Positions 1 to 13,625 of a stretch of 64,000 bases of DNA are shown here, piece by piece; within the stretch, counting starts at the first letter, position 1; each line of letters starts with the position of its first letter. This DNA is from Cycas panzhihuaensis. Its lineage: Eukaryota; Plantae; Cycadophyta. A program made the position numbers and the translations under genes. The stretch covers positions 249,557,741 to 249,621,740 of the forward strand of contig CM041465.1 of the NCBI GenBank assembly GCA_023213395.1. Reading direction: 5' to 3'. Below the pieces are notes generated by a model. It saw nothing but the letters and a program-made list of their open reading frames with translations, ran no database searches and was not told where the DNA came from.

Positions 1-499
1 TTGAAAGATTTAATTGTTTCTGTAAAAGAATTGTAGTTGAATGATACCAAATCACCTATAAAAATTGGTAGGATTTTAGAAGTGGAGAACAAATATCGAC
101 CTTTTGAAAAACAAACTAAAATAAATTTTTGGAAACAAAACATATAATATTTACATTAAAAAGACATGTATAACTATTAATTAGGCTCAAGTGGACTATA
201 TCAATTAGAAGTACACCAGGTTTTATGAGTTGAATGCTTTAGCATTTTTGTTGTGATTTTTAGATTTTTTATTTATTTTTATTTTAAAAGTTTGATGAAG
301 ACTTAAGAAAACATAGAAGTGAAATGGTCAAAGCTAGAGTTTGAAGGGAAAGTTGCCCATAAATATGCATTGCATCATAGAGGAACAACTAGTAATTATA
401 GGATTAAACCTACAATAACGCAATGATGAAAGAAATGATGCATGGGGGTATATGAGGATAACCTATCCTTGCTTTTGCTCAAATGAGCATGAGTTCGAT

Positions 500-2240
500 T
501 ATTAGCAGGGAGATAATAGTCTTCCACTTCAGTTGACTTGAATGACTTGTGAAAGTTACTTGAAAGCTAACTCCAAACTAAGTGGGTGAAAATGATATTC
601 ATCAATGAAGTTTAAATCGACCATAGGTTTAGGTGACTCAATGGAAATGCAATCAATAAGATTTTCATTTACAAAAATATCCTTACTTGAGTTGAGTGGA
701 AGTGAATCAAATGATTAAGCAAAAGATGAATTATTAATGAAGTCTAACACATCATAAAATAATTTGGAGTCATATGCAGAGTTAGATGGACTATCTAAAG
801 GCTCATTTGGCAAAGGGGTAACCTTGTTAACAACCTCAAAGGAGGTGCCAACAAATGGAGGAGTAGCAAGTGAACTAAGTACCTCTTCATTCTTAATAGA
901 AATAATGTAAAGTGACTATGAATAAACTTAAAATTGAGGATTTGAAAAAATGTCATATTGTATAGGCTTAGACTGTATAGACTTATTGATCTATGAGGAT
1001 TCAACTGATTGTTTAAATTCTAAGCTTGAGTTAGAGGAGGATGTCAAATTATCAACAAAAGATGACTGTTGAATATGGAATTGTCATCAAATATGATGAA
1101 AGATTAACATTGTTTGAACCCTATGGGTCAAGAAATGTTGAATCGTAGATATGAGGAGGTGATGAACATGCACAAGTATCAATATTTAGCACTTGGCAGT
1201 AAGAAGTTTAGTAGTTTTTTATTTCAAAGGGAACACCCTACCATAAAACTCAATTCCCATCTTATTTTATTAATTGTGATCAATGTCAACAAACATAATT
1301 ATTTGGAAAACTTAGTAGTTTTAACTTAATTTCTATACAAGAATTGAATCTCTCCTAAAAGAGAGAATGGAATGACAAAATAGCTTGAATCTAGTTGTGA
1401 CTGAGCAAAACACTATAATCAAGAATCATATTGACAATTTCAACATCAACCTTAATAGTTTTACCTTCAAAAGTGATGGGAAGGTTAATCTCTCACATTG
1501 ACAGATGCTTAATAGCATCAAAAGCTTTAATCATCTTTGAACTTTTTATCCAACTTCATAAGTTGGAGGGTGTGCACGAGAGAAATGTGAATTAGTTTAA
1601 TCATGAGCCATCATCAATAATAATTTGATGGACTAAGGTTTCATTAATGATCACCTAGATAACTGAAGGTTTAAGATTAGGCAAAGAGTTAACATTTTCT
1701 AACAAAAATGAAGGATTGAAAAACATGATACCAGAGTAAGGATTGGATGATTAGATCTTGCATGATCAGAGACAATTTTGTCTCTACAAAGGGCAACATT
1801 TCAACAAGTCATAAAGTGACATCCTCGATGAAATACTCTTTAAATCCTCAACCTCAAAGGAAGTCCCAACAAATGGAGTAGGGGCAATTAGTGAACTAAG
1901 CAACTTTTCGTTCTTAAGAGAGAGAATGAAAAGCAACTCAGAATAAACATCAAGTTAAGGTTCTACGAAAAAACCCTGATTGTACAGGCTCAAACTACGT
2001 GAACTCATTAATCTCGAAGGATTTAATGGATAGTTTAAGTTTGATCTAAAGAGGGTAGTTGAATCATCAAAAAAAGACAATTGCTAAATAGGGGAATCAT
2101 TATTAAACAATGATGAAAGATTAACAATGTTTGAAACACGTGAATTTAGAAATGTCGAATCACAGATTTGAGAAGGTGACAAACATACACAAGCATTAAT
2201 TGTGAGCACCTTGCAATGAGAAGTTGAATAGTTTTTTATG
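500..2240 (-). pseudogene. Degenerate Ogre/Tat-type gypsy gag-protease linker and aspartic protease remnants
   Basis: The minus strand of ~1330-1640 reads like retropepsin (IIIDDGS*LN...MIKAFDA...INLPITFEGKTIKVDVEIV...YSVLL). ~1810-1900 reads like the pre-protease linker (SISSRMSLYDLLKCCP). There are many stops and the edges are approximate. Confidence 0.55.
830..2240. repeat. Diverged direct repeat, ~400 bp (copies ~830-1225 and ~1850-2240)
   Basis: aacctcaaaggaggtgccaacaaatggag...gtgaactaag...gaataaact...gatgaaagattaac...gttttttat matches aacctcaaaggaagtcccaacaaatggag...gtgaactaag...gaataaaca...gatgaaagattaac...gttttttat. Confidence 0.75.
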
Positions 2241-2243
2241 ATT

Positions 2244-2505
2244 TGTAGCTTTCATAAAAAATTGTGTCATAGAAATATATTCAATTGACAGTTGATGAAT
2301 ATTTATAGTAGAATAGTTGAGACATTAATCCTCTTCGAGGTGAGAGATTCTCCATGAATCCTTTGTTGCCTACAGAGTCCTTAAATGCCACAATGTTCCA
2401 AGTAAATGCATGATGCCATTATGCCAATCCTACGTCTCATATGCTCCTCAAAAGAGGGTTTGAAGAAGTCAAGTTTTAAAGTTGAATAAAAATTGATTTG
2501 TATCA
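2244..2505 (-). repeat. 3' LTR of the Reina-like element
   Basis: Termini tgtagc...tatca, adjacent to the PPT. It shares motifs (ctcttcgaggtgag...ctccat) with the LTRs of element F. No partner LTR was found. Confidence 0.6.
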
Positions 2506-2568
2506 AGTCCCCTCTTTAAAAAAAAAGCTTTACCCTCAAAGCATCGAAACTTGCAAGTTTTGTTGACA

Positions 2569-2814
2569 TTAATTTTCGTCTTGCCATGTGCCATCTTTGG
2601 TATCCATATCCTTCCATTTGATGAGATATTTCTTGATTTGTCTATTGCTTAAGTGCCTTGTTCTAGTGTTGGTGATCCTTTCAGGTTGCATAACGAGGGA
2701 GCCTCCTTTATCCAACATTGGTAGGGAGGTTTGAGGTATGATCTTTTCTTCAATTTTCTTATTTAGGCATGACACATGGAAAATATTGTGTATATAGCCA
2801 TTGGGTAGATCCAA
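2569..2814 (-). pseudogene. Integrase C-terminus with chromodomain
   Basis: IHNIFHVSCL...QPERITNTRTRHLSNRQIKKYLIKWKDMDTKDGTWQD is a typical chromovirus chromodomain (YLIKW...TW). Confidence 0.85.
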
Positions 2815-3644
2815 TTGGTAGGCAACCTCTCCAATCTTTTGTTGAACTCTAAATAGACCAAAGAATTTGAGTTGAAGTTTTTGTCAGCAAGTTTTTTTAA
2901 GGAAGCTTGTTTGTACAGTTGTAGTATCTAAAATACTCAATCGTTGATAATGAATTATCATTCTAAATGATATAAGTCTCGTTGTCATTTCATGTTTTTA
3001 TTCCTTGTTGCATTTAGGATATCTTTGAGTGCACAGAGTACACTTTCCATCTTATCCATATGGTCCTTTACTACGGGAACCTTTGACTGTGAAATTGCAT
3101 GAATAACAAATGGCAGGTCATAGCCATAAAATGCTTTGAAGACAGACATCTGAGTGTCAAAATGATATGTAGAGTTATACCACCATTCGATTAGGTGTAA
3201 CTAGTTATGTCATTGAGACTATTTGTCTAATACGAAACACCTAGGGTATCTTTGTAAACATTCATTTACAACTACTGTTTGTTCATCTATTTGTGGGTGG
3301 TAAGTAGTGCACATATTTAATTTGTTTTTGACTTAATTGATTATTTCCCTCGAGAAACTACTTGTAACCTTCAAGTCTCGATAAGATATGACGAGTTTAG
3401 GAAATGCATGTAAGCGATGGATTTCTTTTACAAACACTCTTGCAATTTGGCTAGCTTTGAATGTTGATTGTATTCTCCTGAAATGAGCATGCTTGGTAGC
3501 CAATGGACAACCACCATTATTGCATTCTTTTCTTTCAAGTTGTGTAGCTCGGTGTTAATCCATAGATATTTCTTCCTATTTCTTATCTGGAACATATAAT
3601 GACTATTACAAGTTAGAGATCTTGACCGTTTTTGAATTGTTTTT

Positions 3645-3968
3645 GTGACAAATATCACATTCGATTACTAATTGAAGGATGTCCTCTTTCATTCATCCTC
3701 CCAAAAAAAGATTACTTAATATTTTTTATGTTTTGCCTATCTTGACATGTTCGACAATAGGGTAGAGTGACATTTCTTAGTATGATTCTTTTGAATGTTG
3801 ATGAGTGACAAATATCACATTTGATTACAAACTAAAGGATGTCCTCTTTTCGTTCATCTCCCAAAAAAAAGATTATTTAATTTTTCTTTATGTTTTGCCC
3901 ATCCCAACATGACCAACGCTAGGGGTAGAGTGACATGTTTGAAGTATAATTCCTTTGAATGTTGATGT
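3645..3968. repeat. Tandem duplication of ~160 bp within the integrase zinc-binding region
   Basis: gtgacaaatatcacat...aaggatgtcctcttt...ggtagagtgacat...tttgaatgttgatg occurs starting at 3645 and again at 3805. Confidence 0.9.
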
Positions 3969-4370
3969 GGGTGTTAGGCAAATTCGATCCTTGTACTAAA
4001 ACATGTTATTTTTCCATTCATATCTCTTATCTTGTAGTTTTAGATTGTTTTGTACTTTTGAATCAATGCTTGGGTTGTTGGATTCTCATTGAATTCTTCT
4101 TGTATCGTTGTGATCTATGCAAGAGCTATTACAAACATGATAGATAATGACGATCCTTTGTCCTTTCGAGATAAGGCATTTGCAATGATATTTTCTTTGC
4201 CCCTATACACTTTCAAAATCTAAGGCTTGTAATTTGCTTATCCATCTCTACTGTTGCTTTGACAAGGTTCGTTGTTTCAAAAAGTATTTGAGACTATTAT
4301 GATTTACCATGACTTGAAATTTGATTCCCAATAAATATTGTCACCATTTCATAATTGCATGAATGATAGT

Positions 4371-4376
<6 letters not shown>

Positions 4377-4420
<44 letters not shown>
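4377..4420. repeat. (TA)n microsatellite
   Basis: Perfect TA run interrupting the RNaseH remnant. Confidence 0.98.
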
Positions 4421-4427
<7 letters not shown>

Positions 4428-7019
4428 ATTTCGCTTTCCCTTTGAATTTGTGACTTTTATATATAATATGCTAATTGTTTTGCACTAGGGCTACACCCAA
4501 TCCTTCCCCTAATGTGTCACATTCCACTACAAATGGTTGTTTAAAATTTGGCATGGTGAGAATAGGTGGAGTCATCATAACTTTCTTGAGATCATTAAAT
4601 GATTTGTATACTCGATCTTGCAATTTAAATGCACCATTCTTTGTCATGTTCGAAAGGGGAGTTGCTCTATGCCCATAATTTTTAATGAATCTTGTGCAAA
4701 ACCCTACAACTCTAAAGAATCTCTTTACCTTTAGTACATTTGCAGGTGTAGGATAGTCTAGTATTGCTTGCACATTCTTTGGATCCATCTTTGCTTTTTC
4801 ATTGGAGATAATGTGGCCAATATATATTTAGTGCAATTGGCAAATAAAGCATTATCTTAGGGAGTTTGCGGTACTTGACAAACATGTAGTACATGTTCTT
4901 CCTAGGTGGTATTATAGATTAGGATATCATTGAAGCACATAAATACAAAATTTTAGAGACAGGATGAATAACTTTATTCATGATTGCTTGAAATGCAATT
5001 AGTGCACTTGAATCCAAAAGGAATAAGTCAGAATTAATAATGCCCCCCCATGAGTGTGGAAAGCTATTTTTGTTGTGTCTTGAGCCCTAACCTAGATTTA
5101 ATAGTATCCTAATCTCAAATCATTTTTTGGGGAAAATTTGGCTCCATGTAGTTCATCTAAGAGATCTTTGATGTGGGAAATTAGAAATTGGTTTTAGATG
5201 GTCACGTTATTTAAGGGTCTATAGTTTGTGCACATTTTATAAGGCCTGCCATTTTTTGGTGCTAGGATAATCAGAGTTGCAAAAGGTCTTTCTCTTGGCA
5301 CAATTGCCTTGTTGTAGTAGTTCGTGTACTAAATTTTCTATTATTGCCTTGTGATTGTAAGGATGGTGATATGGTCTCATATAAACATGATGTATGTTGC
5401 TTTAACTTAGTGATACACTCCATTCATTTTTCCTAGGGAAGATATTTTGGAAGCTCCTCAAAGACTCCTAGGAATTCTTATAATAACAATTTCATATTGA
5501 GGGGAATTTTAACTTCATCTAGTGCTGAGATACCGTAAGAACTAATGGCCATTTCTGATGTTTCCCTTTTTAATAATTTCTACATTTGAGGAGACAAAAC
5601 TTGCTAGTTAGGATGTGTGGATGGTGTTTATAACATGTATTTGTTGCCTTTTTCCCAAAACTTCATGAATAGCTTCTTGTAATTCATGATATTCAAACCC
5701 GAAATCCTTAATCATTGTACACTTAGGACAACATCAACTCCTACTGGCATCAGGAACATTGAAGATTATAGTGTATAATTAGACATTGTTAGGTTCACCT
5801 TTGGGCATATTTCATCATATGGCATAATTTTCCCCCTAGTTATGGCTACCTATAATAGCTTAAGTTGTGTGATATGAAGTCTTGCTTGCTTGGCCGTTGG
5901 TCTGTTAATGAATTTGTTTGTGCTTCCTCTATCAATTAGAATTATCACCTTTGTATTTTTAATTATTCTTTCAAGGTGTAATGTTTAAGGGGAGGTGAGG
6001 ATCCATGTGATAACTTGCAATGAAATTTCCATGCTCGAGGTGTCTTGTTCTTCTTGTAAAGCTAATTTTGTTGCAATTTGCCTCTCGCTAAGGGTTTGGT
6101 TCTCGATTTCTTCCTCTTCTATAGGCTGATAATTCTCTATTGTAGCTAACATTTTGGGCAGATTATCTATGAAGCATAAATGACCTTTACTCCATTTTTT
6201 ACCATATTTGAAACAAGCTCCCTACTTAAAATGCTAAGCTTTTGATGTTATGTATGCGTTTAGGATGGTCCTAGGGATTTGTGATGTAGGAACTATTCAC
6301 ATGGTTCCTCTATAGGATTTGTCATCCCTCCTAGGTTGCAATGATCTAAGATTGGCTTTGAATTATGCTTCCACATTTTAGGATTGAACCATTACATGTC
6401 TAAGATTTGTAATCATTAGAGATTTTAACTTCAATTGAATGTTCTCTTTTAAACTTCTTAGATAGGTTTCCAAAATGAGTTTCTTATCAATTTATGCTGG
6501 AAGCATGCTTTGTAAGTTTTGATAATTTTCAAAATAATGCTACACTGATTTTGTTTATTGTAACCTTTGAAGTCAGGAGTACAAGTTGCAGTCCCATGTA
6601 TCCTCATATTATTCACACACTTTGTAACTTTTTATTGAGTAAATTTTTATATAATAGAAACCTCTTATGTATAAGAACCGAAGGAAAAGTAAGTTATTTC
6701 AATGAAAGAAAAATTGACTTAATGGTTAATGGGAAAGTTAGAAGGTGTGAAGAAATTATTGGTATATAAAGGAAATAAAAGAGGGGTATAATCTAATTTA
6801 TTATCTAGGAAAGGAGCTTAAGTTTAACACTCCTAAATAAGTAAGTTAGTCAACTCCATTGAACCGATCACTAGGCACCTATAAAAAGATAAATGGGTGG
6901 AGACATTACGAGTGATGATTAATTTTAAAAAATTAACTTTCCATTAGGAGAAACCACCACCTATTTTTCGCCGCCTAGGGTCTTTTAGTTTGCTTGGGTT
7001 CACCACTTATGTTATATCA

Positions 7020-7962
7020 AAACTTGACCAAGTAGAGCCATTTAATCCACCTATATTACCTATCATTGGTATAATTTCTCAGGTATCGTTTTAAACATTT
7101 ACTTACTACTTCTATTTGTCTATTGAGTAGGGGATGATATATCATGCTTATATTGATTGTTATGTCTACTATTTATAGGAATTCTTACCAAAAATTATTT
7201 GTGAACTTGGAGCTATTGCCACAAACTATTCTTTTTTGTACCTTATACAGTCAATGTACTTCTTTTATGAATAATTTTGTGATTTTGGGTCCTTTGCCCA
7301 TTGATTTTGTTAGCATGAAGTAGGTATCTTTGGTTAATCTATTGACTATCATGAATATTATATCTTTTATATCAAAGGGGGAAAGTCCTAGAATAAAATC
7401 CATGGATATGCCTTCTATTTTTGATTTGGTATGGGGAGGAACTACAATAAGCCTAATAGTTTCTATCATTAGTATATATCGCATTCTATTACATACTTTT
7501 CCATTATATATTTCATTTCTATCCAAAAGAAGATGCTTTTGATGTTAATATATGTTTTTGTTCCTTTGACGTACTTTATTGTTAGAGTGTTATGGAGTTC
7601 TTATGGTAGTTTATTTATCAAGAAAGTCCCTTATGGCATAAGACATAATTGCATCGCTAAATGTCTCAAAGTTGTATACTTTTAGATGGTTAAAAAAGTA
7701 GTTTTCTAGTTTTTGGAATAAAAAATAGAATATAAGATAATTTCATTCTTGTACTTTGAGTTGGTTTTTGTGTTCATGTTTGAATTTTTATGATGATAGA
7801 TGTGGCTTGTGGATGCATATGGCATTTATCCTAGATTTCCTTTGTCCATCTCCATTCAAAGACTATCATATCCAATATTGATACTTCATTATATTTTCTA
7901 GATAAGGGATATGTTATATTTTTTGAGCCTTATATATATGTGTGTGCACACACAGCGTCTTA

Positions 7963-8011
<49 letters not shown>

Positions 8012-10940
8012 TGATCTTGAAGTTAAAGGCTTGAATTTGGTTTATCCATTTCATTTGCTGTTCCAATGTATTAAGTTATTATAATAAATATTTAAGGGTA
8101 CAATGGTGTATTTTAACTATGAAATTATTGTCTATTAAATATTATAATTTCTCTATGAAATGTATTATGGCTAACATCTATTTTATTATAGGTAGGGGGG
8201 ATTCTCTCTCATTTATTTAACCTTTTATTTTAAAATGCTATTGGGTGATTATTTCACATTAGGATTGCTCTAATAGTAATGCTAAATATATCATATTTTA
8301 AGGCAAATGTTTCATTGAAGTTTGGTGTGGTGAGAATCTGAGTTGTCATTACTTGTGTAAGTGCCTCAATGCCTTGCCCACTTGTGTGCTCTAAATGGAG
8401 GTATTTTTCTTTAGTAAGTTTGTCAATGGTATGATTAGATTGGTATAATTATCAACAAAGCATCATAAAATCTAACCCATTTATTTTGGATATATTTTTG
8501 GGCATTGACCAATCCAATATCAATTGGATTTTGGATTTATCAATTGTCACCCTTTACCTAGTTATAATGTGGCTTGGGTACTGTAATTCTTGCTTGTTAA
8601 ATAGGCATTTTGAGCATTTTACATAAAAGTGGTTTTCCTCTATAATGGTTAGGATAATGTCAAGATGCTTTAGGTGCAAACTCCATGATTTTGAACAGAT
8701 TTGAATATCATTAAAGAATATTAAGATAAATTCTTCAGGGACTATTATAAATACTTTATTCATTGAGGCTTGCAAGGTAGTCAACTTATTAACCAAGATG
8801 ATTGCCATGATCTTAAATTGACCTTAATATGTATGGAATGCTGTCTCTCATTGACCTTTCAATCTAATATGTGTGGAATGTTGTCTTATATTGACCTTTC
8901 AATCTAATTAGAATTTGATAATAATGAAAAGATCTAGTTTGGAGGAGAATTGTGTTCCATGCAACTTGTCTAAGATGCCATCTATTCTTGGTATTAAAAA
9001 TTTATCTTTGATTGTCTTTTTGTTTATATGCCTATAGTCTACATATATCCAAGTTAGTATAACTAGGAATGCATATAGAGTTTTATTTTTTATGATCACT
9101 TCATTTTTGATAGTTATTGAACAAGTATTTCTATTTCTAATTTTTGTTCATGATTATAATGGCCTAATTTTTTCTTTGTTAGGGGTTGCTCTAGTAGGAT
9201 CTCAGTACTAGATTCCATGCCTTTATCTAACGGAAAAGTTAGAGGTAAGTCCTAAGACACGTTGTTATAGTCTTACATGACTTTCTCAATGTCTTGTTTT
9301 TTCACATCTTGTTGTTTTCTATCTTTGTGGCTTCTTATATTACAACTTATATGGAGTATAAGCATGCTATATAATTTATGTGGCCATTCTTCAATAAAAT
9401 TTTAATTTTTAGAGAGTCCATCACCTATGGACTTTACGTTTTTATTCCATTTAGGGTACATTCAATCCTGACCTTTGTGAGTTTCATGAATTTCTCTTCT
9501 AAGTTGATGTTGTAGGTTTTTTATGTCTTCAACCATTGTACCCGTATGGCTATGAAGAGTTCACCCATGGATAATGCATAAAAAATTGAATTTGGGGTAT
9601 ATTCCGCCATGCTTAGCTTAACATTTTTAATTTTCTTGTCATACTATATGATCCTGTATCTTATAATTGATGCATCAAAATCTAAATTTTGTCTTGTAGC
9701 CAATTCTAATTGCTTAGATATCCTATATTGGTTCTTATAGAATCGATTATAATTACCACCTTGTTTTTGTTTATGAATGCAATTACTTTTAAGGCTTCTT
9801 CTTTTTGTAAGCCAAACATGACTGCTAGCAAGACTGTTGGTTGGTCCAAGTCTGTTGACAATTGTTGTGCCTCGTTTATTTCATCCTTTGAATTAAGCTT
9901 TATTTAGTCCTCAACTTCTTCTATTGCATATATTTCTTTTGTGATTTCTTATAAAATTTAGGATGGTCTAGTGTTTATTTTTCAGAATAATAGATGCATG
10001 GTTTGCTTTCTTTCCTTTATTTTCTTTCTTGCTATTCCTTAAGTGATATCTAATTTCCTACTACCCTTGTGTCATATTTTTGGATGAGCTTTCAGGTACT
10101 CATTATTTTTTTTAAAGTGGGGTTATATACCTTTTACACAAGTAAATTGTGGCCTTACAATTGGCATGCTATATTAATGGAGTCCTTGAGAGATTTTGGT
10201 TTATTTTTTTAGACATTTTCTATTATCTTTGGTCTTCAGTTTCTTATATATAAATGTAAGGTGTATTCAAAGTGTAGGATTACTTTGCCAACTAATCTTT
10301 AAAAATTTCATGTACTCCATGACCAATAATGACTCTTAGAATGTGTGCATAAATTATATATGGTAAGGCTTTCCCTTATTTCTTATTTCTTATGCAATAA
10401 AGTCATTCCTAAATTTTTAAAAGGATAATTCTTGTTTTTCTATTACCACCTCAAGCTTAATTTTTATTAAGTAAATGCATACCCTTCTAGTCTATTTAGT
10501 ATGAATCTGACCTAATCGAATGTTACATTGATCTTTGTGTCTATGAAGGCACTTTTTAACTTGGAAATCTATTGTTTAGGTTCTACTTTTTTATCAAATC
10601 CAAGGTTGGTATTCTTTACCTATAATTTCATTCTATATTGAGAAATATTATTCTCTAGAGGTTATTCTAGGGATTATGGGTGGCTTGCGTTTTATCCTGG
10701 CTTGCGTTTTATCCTTTTGCCTTATCCATGTTTGGTATAGATTGGGCTTCCATTTTTTAATTGATACTACTTATCACTTCTTGTATTTTCTCTAATCTAT
10801 CTTTAAATCATGCAATTTTGCAATTATGGAAAAATCCATTTTTTTGTAGTTTTATCTCTACATTTGATACTTTGGAAGTGAGGCTAGAGGATTTTGACTC
10901 AAAGCTAGACATAGCCTTTATTATGACTTGTTTGAGAGGC
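7020..10940 (-). mobile_element. Second, older Ty3/gypsy chromovirus remnant (gag-PR-RT-RH-partial INT), no LTRs recognised
   Basis: ORFs 8908-9099 ([21 protein letters not shown]...FSSKLDL), 8554-8808 (LIFFNDIQICSKSW) and 7251-7526 (EGISMDFILGLS...IVNRLTK). Confidence 0.8.
7964..8007. repeat. (CA)n microsatellite
   Basis: Perfect CA run. Confidence 0.98.
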
Positions 10941-11639
10941 ATTTTGGATGTGAAATGGTAATGGGCCTTAGTCCATCTAAAAACGATTTGCTAAAGATTG
11001 TGGTTATTAGACAGACTAGTGTTTAGTGATAGAATAATTGTTTATTGTTTTGGTGGGATTATGGTATAAATAAGATGAACTTAAATGGGTGGAAGAAATA
11101 ATTGCCCATGCCCATTAGACATGATGAATAGGTTAATCAATGAAAGTTAGAGATTAGAATTTCAAATATAACTATGTTTTTTTCAAAGCTCTTAATAGAA
11201 CAAATATTTAAAAAAGATATTCTTAGACATGAATGGCAAGTTCTAAACAAGCTAATTAGTGAAAAATAATGAGTAGATGCTAAAATGTAAGAGAAAATTA
11301 CAATGGAAATGATAAAAATTAATAATTCTCAAGGCTAGAAATATCTAATTCTATTTTCAAAGCACTTGGATCCAACCCATTAGGAGAGAGAAGAAACAAA
11401 TGACTTTGCTTGCAATGAAATTCATCCCATGGTGAATTGATATTATGGTATCAATATTTATGTGAAAGGCCTCATTTTGAGATGGTGAATTAGCCTCTAC
11501 CCTGTAAAGAAGAGTGAGCCAATAAATTCCAAGTCTTATATCATTTAAGCATCATTCATGCTTAACATATAGAAATAAAATGATTTATAAATCAATTACA
11601 TCCTTAGGTTTGCTAGAATAAAATTTAGAAACTTAAAAA

Positions 11640-11950
11640 AATTTCACCTAGTTACCGTTAGAAATTAGCTCTCTCCAAAAAATAAAAGATAGAACAACAA
11701 GTATAGAATAGATCTAGATATAACCAAGAAAGATATTATAATTGAGAGCAACATCTAGTATTTAATGTTAATTTTGATAGTCTTTCTCTCATAGGTAAGG
11801 TGAAGATTAATAATTCTACCTATTGATGATTTTCCTATAGCATAAAATGCTTTAATCATTGTGGTACTTTTTTCTAACTTCTTGAGTTAGAGAATGTGTA
11901 GGAGTGAAGTGGGGATGACATTGATGAATTATTATCAATGATAACTCAAT
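11640..11950 (-). pseudogene. Ogre/Tat-type aspartic protease remnant (paralog of ~1330-1640)
   Basis: Aligns by eye to 1330-1630 (ctctcc...aaa...atagcat.aaa.gctttaatcat...atcaat). It is interrupted by the foldback element. Confidence 0.55.
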
Positions 11951-11954
11951 AGAT

Positions 11955-12360
11955 TATAGCAATCCCAAAACTAATGATGAAGTTAATATTTCGAATAAAT
12001 AATATGAAGTCATTTTTTTATAAATAATAAAGTTGGTATTTAAAGTAATTATTAAGTATGAAGTTAGTTTTTTTAATGAGGGACAAATATTGATGCTTGT
12101 ATATAGGGAGGGCCTAGGTCATTTATGTACATGCTTATTTTTTTTTGTTATAATGGATTAATATCCAATTTGGCACTTGGATGCCTGGGGCGAATTTGGT
12201 AGGGCCTCCTTATATATAAGCATCAAAATTGGGCCCTCATTAAAATATTAACTTTATACTTAATAATTATTTAAAATGTCAACTTTATTATTTATAAAAT
12301 ATTGACTTAATGCTATTTATTTAAAATATTGACTTCATCATTAGTTTTGGAATTGTTACA
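11955..12360. mobile_element. Foldback/MITE-like DNA element with ~160-bp terminal inverted repeats
   Basis: 11955-12116 (tatagcaatcccaaaactaatgatgaagtt...atatagggagggccta) is the reverse complement of 12200-12360 (tagggcctccttatatat...acttcatcattagttttggaattgttaca), around a ~85-bp spacer. TSD not resolved. Confidence 0.8.
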
Positions 12361-13309
12361 GTATGACTATCACCTTGTAGAAAAATAGGTAATTGAGCTC
12401 ATCGAGGATTTCAATCAGATTTAATTTATTCAAACCTTTGATTGAGTTTTTAGTACCTTTCATAATTACTCCTCCCTCTTTTGTTTATTTTAAAAAATGC
12501 ATCTTCTACCTTTGTTATGAAATCTTTGTGGGTATATGTAATGAGTAGTGGTTGATAAGCCCCTGTAATGGTTATCATAATATGAGTGGTGATTGCTGAT
12601 GTCGTTGTTGTTAGGGCAACTCCACTACTCTCTTCGACGATGCTTCCAAATGCTTGGATAGGAAACCTTCGTTGGTCATCCACAGAAAACTCCATAGTGA
12701 CAAACCCTCCTTCATAACCAATCTCTAGTGATAAATAATGGGGTAGTCCTTCGAGGATGTGATATGCTATTCCTCATGATAAACCAACAACTTGCAAACC
12801 CACGATGAACTGGTCATGATCCTTATCTCCCACATGGAATCCACTACAGATAATTGTGAAATTACACATTATTACACCAAGGACCATTTGAATCTATCTT
12901 CTAATGTTGCCCATATCTATGTGTAACCCTTACATAACCACTCTTTCATTCTCTACTTACTTAGACAAGAGCTAATAATCCCTTTTAGACATGGAAGTAA
13001 TGGTGATCTTGATATTAGCCCAAAACAATAGTCACACAATCTCCTATTACACCTCGATGACTATTCTTCCTACACGATGCCAGTGACCATCAATAGAATT
13101 ATTCAGTGCTTCTTGATACTAATTGACAACGAATGGCAACATCAATGAAACTTGATGAACAAATCATAGTTTTGCACTATGTCACTTCAATCATTAATGC
13201 ACAGATTCTAGTAAAATGTAAACTTTCATAAACTCTTCTTGATAATGAACTTTAGTGGGATTCACAATAATGATTTTCCTAGCACTTTAATACTAGTTGC
13301 AATGGTCTA

Positions 13310-13625
13310 GTGGTAGAAATAATATTAATTTTAGCATATTGTAAATTCCATATACAAATAATTCAAAAACAACAAGTATTGCATACAACCATGATAATAA
13401 TAATTTAACAAATAATAAGAAAAATGGAATATGAAAGCTAAAAATAAAAAGTTGAAGTGGCAAATTTTCCCAATGCATTGAAGTGCCCATCATAACAAAT
13501 AAAAAAACATAAATGAGTTAGGGCCTCCCTATATATAGGCATTAAAATTGGGCTCTCATTAAAAAATTTATTCCTTAATAATTATTTAAAATACTTACTT
13601 CATCACTAGTTTTGAGATCACCACA
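13310..13625 (-). mobile_element. Fragment of the same foldback family (one TIR plus subterminal sequence)
   Basis: 13520-13625 (agggcctccctatatataggcattaaaattgggctctcatt...cttcatcactagttttg) matches the TIR. 13330-13500 is an inverted match to 14770-14960. Confidence 0.7.

Larger units (their letters stand above)
2244..6500 (-). mobile_element. 5'-truncated Ty3/gypsy chromovirus (Reina-like): gag remnant-PR-RT-RNaseH-INT-chromodomain, PPT, 3' LTR
   Basis: ORF 4471-4788 (MDPKNVQAILDYPTP...FVVECD) is RT/RNaseH. ORF 3428-3658 is integrase. ORF 2569-2814 is the integrase tail plus chromodomain. A polypurine tract (PPT; rc of cccctcttt) lies at ~2509-2517 next to the LTR end. Confidence 0.85.

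Noticed and set aside
6597-7019. Possible solo LTR (tgta...atca) between two gypsy remnants
   Set aside because: The flanks TCCCA and AAACT do not form a TSD and there is no second copy in the window.
12450-13290. Possible captured gene or transposase fragment between foldback pieces
   Set aside because: I could not recognise any transposase or host-protein motif in the translations.
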